Part shown: one piece after another, positions 1-11,235 of the stretch
Numbering within the stretch: the stretch's first letter is position 1
How the letters are laid out: every line of letters begins with the position of its first letter
NCBI GenBank assembly: GCA_008632985.1
Contig: QPGO01000035.1
Coordinates: 1-48,168, forward strand
DNA length: 48,168 bases
Origin: Psammoneis japonica
Taxonomy: Eukaryota
Direction of reading: 5' to 3'
The notes under the pieces: generated by a model
Databases searched by the model: none
The model's input: the letters and a program-made list of their open reading frames with translations, nothing else
Told to the model about the DNA's origin: nothing
Position numbers and translations under genes: made by a program

Positions 1-716
1 GCTTTGATTTGAATCATTTGCACAACGGGCTGAAAGGCGGGATCCGACGAAGCCCCCTGCAAGGCTTGCTTCATGGTGAGTATCGCTCGATGAGTTAGCG
101 ACATGGTGTCAGTTCTGATGAATAAAAAGAAAAAGTGCGTGTGAGATACACCTGAAAACATGTCGCCGGAGTGATTCAATTATTATAAGGATGCATCCGC
201 TCCGTCGTAAGCGTCTGTAACACCACATAAGAAGCCACAAGAACTCACATAATGTTACTTTACTGATGAATAAGAGGGAGAAACGGTAGTGATTGGTAGG
301 AAAAGGCTGAAAGCAACGGCGCTGTTGTTTGTGTCATGGGGCGCAAGTGAAAGTGGGCGGTGTTGGCTGGGGAGTGCCTTCTCGTCGAAGGTCTCGTGCT
401 CTGGTATGTCATGCAGTGGGATTCTACGCTATGTGAGAAGTGCACTGGATTCTACAAGGCAAATTTGGCGCGAAAGATTTTATACGGGGGACGAACAGAC
501 CGTACGAATCCTAAGGTTGCGGCAGATCACAATCCTGTTTGCGATCGATCACTATCGTTTCGAGCTCCAATTATTGCAGCTAAAATAGCACTAAAAGCTC
601 GGCGATCAACGATCAACATGTAACAGCAACAAACAACAAACATGGGCCCATGCAGCATACCGGTAGTGAGTGTTGACGCTTTATAAGTTTCTTTTTCATT
701 CATCCACGCAAGAACC

Positions 717-1990
717 ATGGAGAATCAGGCAGTTGCTCATCCAAGAGAAGACGAGAATGTTTTGGAGGAGAGCAAAGAGCAAGCAGTTGTTCCCGCGGAT
801 GCAGAGCATGCCGAGACGAAGGATGAATGCTGTGAAACAAATTCCTCGCGAAACAAACAAAGCAATGAGGATGACAGAGACCCCTCCAGCAAAGTCCCTG
901 CTCATCAGAATGATGAACAAATCAAGCGACGCAAACTCAGTGAGAACGGGGATGCGACAATGATGAGCAACGAAAAGAATCAGACAGTTGTGCATCCAAA
1001 AGAAGGCGAAAATGCTTTGGAGGAGATCGACGAGGAGGCAGTTGTTCCTGTCGCGGAAGCATCAGAACACGACGAGAAGCATGAGTGCAATTCCTCGCGA
1101 GACACACAAAGCCATGAGGCCGACAGAGATCCCTCCAGTGACGTCCCTGCGAATCAGAATGACGAACAGAATGAGCGACGCAAACTTGACGAGAACAGGG
1201 AGACGACGCCGATGAGCAACAAGAAGAATCTGACAGTTGCGCATTCAAGAGAAGAAGGCGAGAATGTTTTGGAGGAAGTCGACGAGGAAGCAGTTGTTCC
1301 TGCCGCCGAAGCAACGGAACACGCCAACAAGGATGAATGCGGTGAAAGAAGCTCCTCGCAAAACAAACAAAGCAATGAGGACAGAGATCCCTCTGATGAA
1401 GTCCCTGCCATTCAGAATGAGGAAAAAAGTGATGGACGAAAACTCGATGAGAATGCGGCAACGACGACGAGCAACGAGAAGAATCAGACAGTTGCGCATT
1501 CAAGAGAAGAAAGCAAGAACGTTTTGGAGGAGGTCGACGAGGAAGCAGTTGTTCCTGCCGCGGACGCATCAGAACATGCCGACAAGGATGAATGCGATGA
1601 AACAAATTCCTTGAGAGACAAACAAAGCAATGAGGACAGAGATGCCTCCAGCGAAGAGCCTGCTGTTCAGAATGAGGAAAAAAGTGATGGATGCAAACTC
1701 GATGAGAACGCGGCAACGACGACGAGCAACAAGAAGAATCAGACAGCTGCGCATTCAAGAGAAGAAGGTGAGAATGTTTTGGAGGAGGTTGACGAGGAAG
1801 CAGTTGTTCCTGCCGCAGAAGCAGAACCTGCCGAGAAGGATGAATGCGGTGAAACAAGCTCCTTGCGAAACAAACAAAGCAATGAGGACAGAGATCCCTC
1901 CCATGAAGTCCCTGCCAGTCAGACTGTTGAACAGAACAAGCAATGCAAACTCAATGAGAACGGGGAGATGACGATGGTGAACAACAAAAA
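717..1990 (+). repeat. Five tandem ~250-255 bp (~85 aa) coding repeats
   Basis: Units start near 717, 975, 1224, 1479 and 1734 (aagaatcagacagttg...), with ENVLEEVDEEAVVPA...KQSNEDRDPS repeated. Confidence 0.95.
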
Positions 1991-3029
1991 TAACCCGTCA
2001 GAAGAATTGCGTCGTAAACCAACACCCCGTTACGAGGACACATGGAAGAAAATGTTTGAAAACGTAAAAGCATGCAAGGCGGAACACGGGCATTGTCGCG
2101 CACCGCAGAGGTCCAAGGAAAGACCGATTTTGAGCCAATGGGTCAAGAAGCAGCGCCGGCTTTACCATGAGGGCGAGCTCCAAAGTGATCGCAAGGAAGC
2201 TTTGGCATCAATTGGCTTTGAATGGGGCAAGCAGAAAAACCCGCTTGCTGCACCTAGACCTGCTCTTGACGAAGAGGCATGGAAGGACAAGTTTCAGAAA
2301 TTGAGAGCTTGTCAGGTGGAAAACGGTCACTGTCGCGTCCCTCAGAATTACAAAAAAGATGAATCGTTGGGCAGATGGGTAAAGAGGCAGCGTGTGCTGT
2401 GCCACAGCGGCAAGCTCCTCACTCATCGGGAAGAGGCATTGACATCGGTTGGATTTATTTGGGAAAAGCAACAAGGTGGTCTCCACCCGGACGACAAAGC
2501 TTGGAACAAAAAGCTCGAGCAGCTGAAAGCTTGCAAGTTGGAAAAAGGTGACTGTCATGTCCCGCAGAAACATTTGAGCAACCCTTCTCTGGGAAAATGG
2601 ATGCAAAGACAGCGTTGGCTTCACAGCAAGGGTGAGCCAACTGACAATCGCAAAGATGCCTTGGATGCAGTTGGCGTTGATTGGGAACATCAGAGGTGCG
2701 CTGTCGAAAATGAAGCATGGGACTCCAAATTTGAAAGACTGAAAGCTTTCAAGCTTCAGAGCGGTCACTGTTGCGTGCCGCACAACTGTGAAGAGGACCC
2801 GTCATTAGGAAATTGGGCCATGAAGCAGCACAAGCTGAACAGAAGAGGCGAACTCCACAGTGATCGAAAGGAAGCCTTGGATGCGATTGCTTTTGATGAT
2901 GATGACACATGGAATGAGAAGCCCAAGCGATTGAAGGCTTGCCAAATGGAAAATGGTGACTGTCTCGTCGCTTGCAAGCACAGAAGCTGCCGCTTGTTGG
3001 GAGCATGGGTCAAAAGGCAGCGAGCTTGA
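717..3029 (+). pseudogene. Helicase-associated (HA) domain repeat protein with N-terminal acidic tandem repeats; hypermutated, premature stop
   Basis: Five W..kf..L......GHC.VP......LG.WV..QR......L...R...L..IGF.W units. Tyr positions appear as C/H. The stop TGA at 3027-3029 aligns with CGA (14077-14079) in the paralogous copy, and the HA motif continues in frame after it (RKEALDSIGFPW). Confidence 0.8.
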
Positions 3030-3045
3030 TGCCAGAACAGGACTC

Positions 3046-4000
3046 TCAGCAATGTCCGAAAAGAAGCCTTGGATTCAATTGGCTTTCCCTGGAAATTGTG
3101 GTTGGATGGCACGGAAGGACATTGTTGAAAACATCCTCGATGAGAAGCTTTTGATTCGATCGGCTTGGAATTGAAGGAGCGCAGCACGAGTGTGAAGCCA
3201 ACTCGAAAATGTGAGGTAGCACAACGCAGTGAACTTGACCAGAAGAGCATTGGGATGGAGCCTTAGAGGGTCTGTGAAGCGTCATTGGCAAAAATTGTTG
3301 GACATGTGATGCCACAACGTCGTCCGCGAGATTTTCAATCTGACATTTCAAGGACTTTAGATGTTCGTTCGCGGAGTGTCTGTTGCAATGCTTGTGCTCA
3401 TGCAAGAGAAACGGTGGGAGCTCTGTGCCAATGTCACTGCGCATGCTTTCCACGATTTTACAGTCGAGACCCTCTGTGTCGATGAGAACAAACACTGTGT
3501 TTTTGGACTCAGCAAGAAGCTCTGAGAAGTTGAGCACATTTACGCGAGTTTCAACAATGCAGTCTTCTGCTGTGTGTCCAACCCAAACTGCTTCCATTGT
3601 TGGCTTTCCTTCATTGCAATGCTTTTGTCAAAGACAGAGATTTGAGTCACCCACGGCGGGAGCTGTTTTCCACTGTTGGAATCGTAACCGGTGTGGACGT
3701 CAATGGTCTCATTTGTCGCATGGAACATCAAATCGTTGTCCTCTTTGTCAAGGAACGACACCGGCGTGAACCGTCTTGAAAGTGCACTGTGAGCCTTCAC
3801 ATTTTTTTCAAGTTCAGCACACTCTGGTTAGGAGGCGATGCCTCAATCATTGTGCATTCAATGCAAGCTTGTCGCAGCTCTGTTGGTGGGCCTTCCAACA
3901 AAGCAGTGATGCCCTTGGCAAAGGGATCGTCATCTTCCCAACCTGTGTGCGCTCCAATTCGCAAAACACGCAAGACTTCTGACTTTTCCTGTGGCACTTT
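3046..4000 (-). pseudogene. 5'-truncated, frameshifted, hypermutated copy of the FkbM-like gene at 14357-15349
   Basis: Near-identical to 14100-15060 and split over ORFs 3797-4198, 3540-3800 and 3046-3597. Y->C/H changes; the original TAA stop has become CAA. Confidence 0.92.
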
Positions 4001-4039
4001 GATGCAATGTGCCACGCACGCATGTGTGAGACGACGCCA

Positions 4040-4900
4040 TGCTGTTGTCTGTTCAGCAGAGTGCACACGTCGTGTGGGCAGTGCTTGCTGCGACGCAAAC
4101 TGCCAGAGTGAGTGGTGTGAAAGGGAGCTCCACATGTCTCCCTGACAGCACTCTGCTTTGTGAATCTTCCCACACCTCAACCAACCTCCCTGATTCAACC
4201 ATGTTTTGTCTTGTCACACGTTTGAGCAATGAGACATCATGGCAAAAAAGCCCATGCCTTGTCCCTTTCTTTGACAACAACACTTTGTTGTCACACCAGC
4301 ATCCTTTGGCTGAAGAAAAACACAACATGGGCTCTGATCAGCTGGTGTGACAGCCAGAAAAAACACAAAGTTGCCTCATTTTTCATGTGAGCTTGCCTTG
4401 TCAAACTTCAGCATGGGATCCCTTGGCACTTCTGAGAGGGAGGAAGGAAGTGGAGCAGAGAGAGAGATGAGAGGGAAAAACAAAGAAAAAATGATGTGCA
4501 GCACTGGCATCAGTTGACCATGCAGAGTCCAACACTCACCTTCCCCGTGAGCTTTGACCAGCTCACTTGGCAGCATGTTGGGTGGTGCACAGGGGGGGGG
4601 GGGGAAGCCAGCACCACCTGTGTAAAATGAAGTCCTTTGTTTGAGCTGCTGGCTGGTGTGAGAGATGGGCAAAATGTGCAACTTTGCACATGTGGTGTGC
4701 ACTCTTTCATTTCAGAGAATGTTCTGTTTCCAGTCAGAGCTGCAAAATCCTGTGCACAAGACTTCTCCAATTTTGTTTCACTGCACCAGATGGTGGGATG
4801 GCATGCTGGCCAAAGGTGAAAATGACAAAGATGCAGCCAGCTGGCCCTTGCCACCAGTGGCTGCCCCTGCTCTGCAGCTCAGAAGGGCATGAGCCATCAG
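4040..4900. repeat. Degenerate copy of the hAT-element segment also at ~7030-7850 and ~15570-16400
   Basis: Shared blocks such as tgtgaaagg(g)agctcca, ctga(t/c)cag(c/t)tggtgtg and agctttgaccagctcacttgg. Confidence 0.75.
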
Positions 4901-5249
4901 CACTGTGTCGCCACACATGCAGCTCACATCCCACTTCATTCTTGACCACAAGCAGGCTTGGGCAAGGGCACACTTTGCATCCACTCTTGGTCATCCTCTT
5001 GCAAGTGGATGAATGAACAGATGAACTCAAGAACAACAACAGAAAAATGTGATGACCAGCTCAAATTGACAACAGACAAATGAATGAACAGATGAATGAA
5101 TGATGAGAACATGGGTGCAAACAACACACCACACTGCTGCAAAAAAATGTGCCTCCGCCATTTGGCGCCATTTCTCATTGAGTTAAAACAAACTGCAATG
5201 CACCCCTCACTGGCCAACACTCTGCAACTCAGTTTCTTTGTTGCGCCAG

Positions 5250-7850
5250 TCATTGTCATCAGCAGTGCTGCAACTGCAAATTTTCAACTGCTCACCCCAG
5301 AGCCCAGCAACCATTTCAAAAAGCCTTGGCATTGTTCATTTGCAATCAGCTGCAATCACCATCCCACAATTCAAAAAGAGCAACTCAACCACCATGGCAG
5401 TGGCGGTGCTGAGGAAGCCACAGTCTGCACACTTGGTTCTCATGACAGCATCATCATCATGCAATCTCTTCTTTCCAGCTTCCACTGCAGCTGAAATTTG
5501 GAGGGACAGTCAACGTTGGTTGCATCTGTGGCTGCTTCTTCTTCTGGTGGATGCAGTTCTGGCCAATGCTCCTTGAGAAGAGCTGCAACACAAGCCCATT
5601 GCTTCTCTGACACTGTCAACTGATGTGCCACTCTCCCTGCTCAAAGACTGGGCACTCCATGGGGGGGAAGTGTGCTCTCAAGTGGCTCTCAAACTCCTCT
5701 GAGTGATTTTTTAGAATGGGGGCTTTGTGGCATGCTTTGAACAACTGAAGTTGGTGCAGCAAATTCACATCTCATCATGCTGCTGGCTGGATCTGTCTGA
5801 TCCACTCCTTCAATGTGTCATGCGACAAGGTGTGCAGCAGCTCTTGTCAAAATCCCTCTTCTCATTGGTGCTGAGAAGAGCTGGTGGGACCTTCTCAGTT
5901 TCTTCATTCAGTCCATTCTCAAAATCCTCTGTGTCTTTGGGTGTCACTGCATCAAACTGGTGTGATGCCAAGAACAACCTTGTGGTGCATCTGCCAAACC
6001 AAAGCTTTTTCTTTTTGCTGCCCTGTTTTGTTCTTGGTCTTTGGTCATCTGGCAGGATGTGGTGGTTGCAGATTTTTGCACTGACTTCAATGCTCTGGCT
6101 TGCAGCATGGCTGGATGAGGTGCAGCTCAACAAATTTCTGCACCAACTTTGACTGCACTGGTGATCACAGCATGAGCAGATGAGTGCCACACCCAACAGA
6201 TTTTTGCACTGGCAACTTTGACTGCACTGCCTTGCAGCATGACTGGACAAATGCTGCCCAACAAGCCCACCAGCTTGCCATCAAACATGTTGTTCATGAT
6301 CCAGCATGTCACCCCACCTGATTCAAATGGTGGCAGCATGCACAGCCTCACATTTCTCACTGTGCATTTGTCAACACTGCAGTTGTTGAGAGTGAAAGCC
6401 ACAACAAGAAGCTTGTCAAGAATGTCATTCTCAGACCACATGTTGCAAGCAAGCAGCAGCAAAACAAGATGCAATGGAATCTGCTTCTGGGTCTGTTTCA
6501 TTCAACAATGGCTCAATGGAAAGCAGCAACTTCAGTGCCTGCATTTGTCCATTGGCATCTCTGGTGGGCCACTGGTGGTGTGCAAGAGCATTGTGGCCCC
6601 CAACTGTCTGCGGTGCAAGAATTCCCTTTGCTGAGTGAACCTTTGTCTTTCAATCCAACAACATCAGCAAGCATGACAACATGCTTGTGGATTGTCTTGC
6701 AACTTTTTTTTAAATTCAAATGCTGGTGGCCAACCTCAACTTCCACAATGGACAATGCTTTGTTGTGCTTCACAATGACCTCAATCCAGCCAAATGCCTT
6801 TCTTGCTTTTGCTGAGAACTGGGGCTTGAACGACCCAGCAAATGTGGCATGGAGCTGGGGAGGTTGTTTTGCTGCTGTCATTTCCTCATGGTGCTTCCTC
6901 CAAATCAGCTGCATGGTGTTCTTGCATTCATCAGAAATCCAAGACACTTTTTTCAATGCCGGAAGTGTCCATGGGAAACCAAGTTGTTGCACCCACTGCC
7001 TGAGGCAATTTTGTCTTTCTTGCAATGGGTTGTGAAAGGAGCTCCATGTCTCTTCCTCACAGCATTTTGTCCACTTTGTGAACCTTGCTGCACTGCAACC
7101 AACTTTCCCAGCCCAACCATGATGCCTTGTGCCTTGTCTTCTTAATGACACATGGAAAAAAGTTGTTTTGTTCTTGGAGAGCACAACACTTCATTGTCAC
7201 AATGTCCTTTGGTTGAAGCACAGCACAACATCATGGGCTCTGATCAGTTGGTGTGGCAACAAACAAAAACACAAAGCAATCTCATTTTTCACATGATGAA
7301 AGCTTGTGCCTTGTCAAACTTTGCCACAGAGCTCCACTGTGCTTCTCAAGAAGGAAGGGAAGAAGAGCAGAGAAAACACAAAGAAAGCAAGCATGCACTC
7401 CCAGCTGGACAGTTGGTTGACCATGCAGAGCCCCAGTGCTCACCTCCATTGCACACCAGCTTTGACCAGCTCACTTGGTGCAATGTGTGATGGTGTGCAA
7501 GAGGGAAAGAAAGTCAGCGTCACTTGTGAATGACAAAATCCTTCTGATTTCTTGGAAAGCTGCACAGAAATCTTTGGTTGGGTTGTCTGTCTTTATGTGT
7601 GTGCAGTGTGTGCCCTTTCACATTCCAAGAGTGTGCTCTGTTCCAACCTGTGGCTTTTGCAAAATCATGTGCACAAGACATTTTGGAAATTGGCTGTTGT
7701 GATTGTTTTTGTTTCTTGACCAGAGCTCAAAAAGAGACCATGTTTGGTTTTAGAGACACATCTTGCTCTGTTTTGCTGCAGATGGCAGGGAGGCAGGCTG
7801 GCCAGAGGAGGTGAAAAGACCGTGGGGTGTCTCTCTTTCACACACCTCTG
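5250..7850 (-). mobile_element. Degenerate hAT-like DDE transposon (transposase relic)
   Basis: ORF 6513-7184 has KARKAFGWIEVIVKHNKALSIVE...SCKTIHKHV...TADSWG, resembling stramenopile hAT-like FGW.EWIV...LS.V...KT..KY...DGWS; downstream LNNCSVDK resembles GDNCSVN. Many stops and frameshifts. Boundaries approximate. Confidence 0.6.
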
Positions 7851-7889
7851 TTTCACAGCTGCTGTGCTGGTCAGCTCAAAGGTGCGCAA

Positions 7890-10640
7890 ATCATCTGTTT
7901 TTGACAGGCAAGGTCAGAAAAATCTTGAGACCAACAAATGGATGATGAGCAGCATGGAGAGAGCTTGCCACGTCAATCTCACAGACAGAAACTTGAAGTG
8001 CAGGGCTTGAATCCTCCCAACAGTTGCACATCTTTGGTGTGGGACCCAGTTGGTGGGGCTGTGTGCTCAAGGTTTTGTTTTGTGTGTGCTCTGCTCTTTG
8101 TTGGTGACTTTTCAATGCAACAGAGCTGTTCCCTTCCTTGTGCACACTCCTGAGGCACCCAGCACACCACAAAACCATGTTGGTGAGGCAAGCTGGTGCT
8201 TGCAACCATGGTGTTTGAGCCTGCAGACAACAATTTTCAGAAAGGGGTGCATCATCAACTGTGCTTGTGCCAGTGGCAAGGTGAAAGAAAAAATGGCTTG
8301 CACTGCCAGCATGTGCACAGAGATGGTGGTTCTGCTCAATTGTCCAAAGGTCCCAGAGAAATTTGTTGTTGCACCACAAAGGTGATGTTTGCACACTCCT
8401 CTCAGAATTGGGAGGTCACTGGGGGGTTTCACAATCTAAGATGATGCAAGAAAGTCCAAAGTTTTGGCTCTTCCTGGATTGCTTCCACAACACTCTGTTG
8501 ACAAAGGCAGATCTTGCAGCAAATGTTGATGCCATTTTTGAGCCCTTGGTCTTCTGCAACCATCTCAGCTGTTGCTCAAAAGAGGCACACATCCTTCACA
8601 TTGGCAAACAAGGAGTTTGGCCATTTCAGCACAACAAGCTCCCAACTGCATTGAGCAAATTCACAATCAATGTGAGTCATGAGACCCAAGTCAATGTGTG
8701 GCATTGCACTGTCCCACTGGACCTTGTTCCCACACACTTTTCTGCCCCATGCTTCAGGGGCAACTGTGGTGGCCCATTTGTTGCATTTGTGATTGCTGTT
8801 CCAAGAAGGGTGGGACCATCATCTGGTCATTTGTGTGACAGTCAAGTGTGGCAAACACCATCATTGAGTGTGTTGGGAGAGATGACTTTGCAAAGGATTC
8901 ATCATCACTTCGCTGCAGAATTTTTTGGCATGTTTGCAACTCAGAAAAAATGGAAAATCCCTCTGGAGCAGAGGTGGTGTTGAGCACCACTTTGATCTGA
9001 TGGAACAAAATCTGTGGCAGGCATGTGACACTGGATGTCATTGGGGGTGGGTGCAGCTCATCAGATTTTTTGAGTTGCCTTGAGCTTTCAACATTGGCAA
9101 GCACTTTGGCTGATCATGTGACAATGCTGAGGTGTGTCTCCCAGTGGAGCTGGAGGAGCAGAGTCAAGAGCTGTTTTGAAGGATGCTGTGGAGCATCTGG
9201 TGTGGACACATTTTGGGTGGTGGTGCCTCTGGAGAGTTGATGACAGCATGTGTCTGGGGTCAGCACCAGCACATCTGCTCCATCATTCCACAATTAAATC
9301 TGTCCATGTCTCACAGGTGGGCAAGATGAAAGTTGGGGTTTGGGGCTGACCACTTTCAAAATGACCAAATTTGAAAGCAGTTTTTGTGTGCAAAAAGAGC
9401 ATCCAATGATGACTGTTGAAGGTGCAGGGCTGAACATGATTTGCTTTGTGTGAACACACAAAATGTTTCAAATTTTGAGTTGCCTTGTCTCATTGCTGGA
9501 GTGGGGGGGACATCAACTCCTGGCCAGTTGAAGCACCACTTTTTCATTTTAAGGGTTGTTGACATTGAATGTTTGATCACCAGTTGCTTTGGTCTTTTCA
9601 TCTGCTTGCCTCAATCAGTGGCTGTGATGTGGCGCTTCTTTTCGTTTGAGAATGCATCAGATTTTGTGCGTGGATCTGGCTTTTGTCACTTGATGGTTTT
9701 TGTGATTTTTGCACACAGTGGAGCAACCTTGAGACAAAGCCCCCCTGGTGCCTTGTCCTCACCTCAGGCTGACCTCACCCAACAACCGTCAATCCTCATC
9801 AAGTGCACGTCATTCAAAGGGCACCTTCCTTTTGTGAAGCTCCCCCCCAAAAAGCCAACAGTGCCAATGCAATGTGGCTTCTTCTTTCTCCACATTCTTG
9901 CTGGGGCTCCTTGTAAGAGGGCAGCCATGGTGCAGCTTAAGAAGTGGGTCCACATGCCTTGATTTGCTCCCAGCCTGCTTGCAATGAGCATCTGGACAGG
10001 CTGCAAATGAGGCATCAGCTCGTCAAGATCGGATGACAAATCACAAAGACAACAAGTGCAAGACAGAGTGTGTGGTGTTTTCATGGAATGTTGTGCACTC
10101 TCGCCACTCACTGTGCCAGACCATTTGTGTGGGCTGCAAGAAGTGCCACACCATCAATTTGAGATCAGAGAGGTGTGCAACAAAGAGATGTGACCCCCTG
10201 ATGAGACATTTTGTGTGATGACACTCACACAGATGTTGTGAAATCTTTTTTCTTTGCCAGTGACAAACATCCAAAGAAAGCCCAAGAACACTGCAGCTGT
10301 CCTTCTCTCTCTGAGAGGGACAAACAAGAGACAACATCATGTGCTCATCATCACTCCGTGGCATTGGTTGTTTTGCCGTCCCCCGTGGATGGCTGCAAAG
10401 ACAACAAAACACCACAGCCGCCATCAGTGAAGTGATCAATCAAGTGGTGTTTTCACGTGCAGTTGGACCAAAAAGAAGAGATTCAATGTTGTGTGGTCGA
10501 GCAGTTTTCCCATTGTGTGACTGGCGCAAGATAAAAAGCTGCACCGGCACAGAAGCCTCGCTGTGCATGCAACACCTTGCTGGATTGGCCCATAAAAGCC
10601 TAGCAAAACGGTTATAACGGTGTTCGTGATTATTACCCTA
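7890..10640 (-). mobile_element. Degenerate repeat, possibly a MULE/MuDR-like DNA transposon
   Basis: TA- and CpG-void block. SWIM-like remnant (LGACCAEMAKLLVCQCEG, ~8590-8660), knuckle-like WCAGCLRSVH, and a right end ...attaccc. Family assignment is weak. Confidence 0.3.
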
Positions 10641-11235
10641 AACACTCGAGCAGGCGCGCCTAGGTTTGTAGTTTATAGTAGATACTGTACTTTACTGTGG
10701 TCCCCATTATTAGTTTTGAAAGCTAATATATTCCTAATTGATGAATACGTATATTGGTATTCATCACTTGAAAGTACATATATTATTTATTAAACTCTCA
10801 ACATGTAATATTAAAAGCCCATCTCCTCCAAAAATCCGAAAATTTTCGTCGCGGAGCGAGGCAGGAAGCGAAGATGATGACGACGATGAGAATAGAAAGA
10901 GATGCCGATATGTCAGCGCGATCGAAAGGATTTACAAGGTTATGCTAAAAGAGTAAACGAGTATCCGTCATGATGAGCTTACGGCTGCATGCGCTATGCT
11001 TCAGGTGGTGAGAAAACGAGTTCATCGGAGTTGGCCGACCATACCGTCTTCGCACATGTTAGCGATGTATCCGTTACACATGTTTGGAAGGAATCAGCGA
11101 CCAATCTGTCCGCCCAACAGGGGACTGTGGTTGGAATGAGGTCACAATTCGTACGAGTAGGGCCCTAGGTAGCAAGGTCTCCACAGGCAGTCTCGCTGAC
11201 TTATTGAAGAACTCCATTGTCACAAACTCATCGCC

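Noticed and set aside
1..700. Short ORFs at the window start
   Set aside because: No motifs or credible starts; probably intergenic.
717..1990. CRISPR-like or satellite array
   Set aside because: Units are in-frame coding repeats without unique spacers, in a eukaryotic context.
717..4000. Alternative genetic code or sequencing artefact as the cause of Tyr->Cys/His
   Set aside because: Neighbouring genes use TAY and TAA/TAG normally, changes also hit synonymous and non-coding TA, and they track repeat boundaries. Raw reads were not available to exclude an artefact fully.
4000..10600. Dozens of overlapping 60-220 aa ORFs (also in 15.6-16.5, 19.4-24.7 and 36-39.4 kb)
   Set aside because: By-product of TAA/TAG loss: Tyr-free, Cys/His-rich and overlapping in all frames, with only TE-relic homology.
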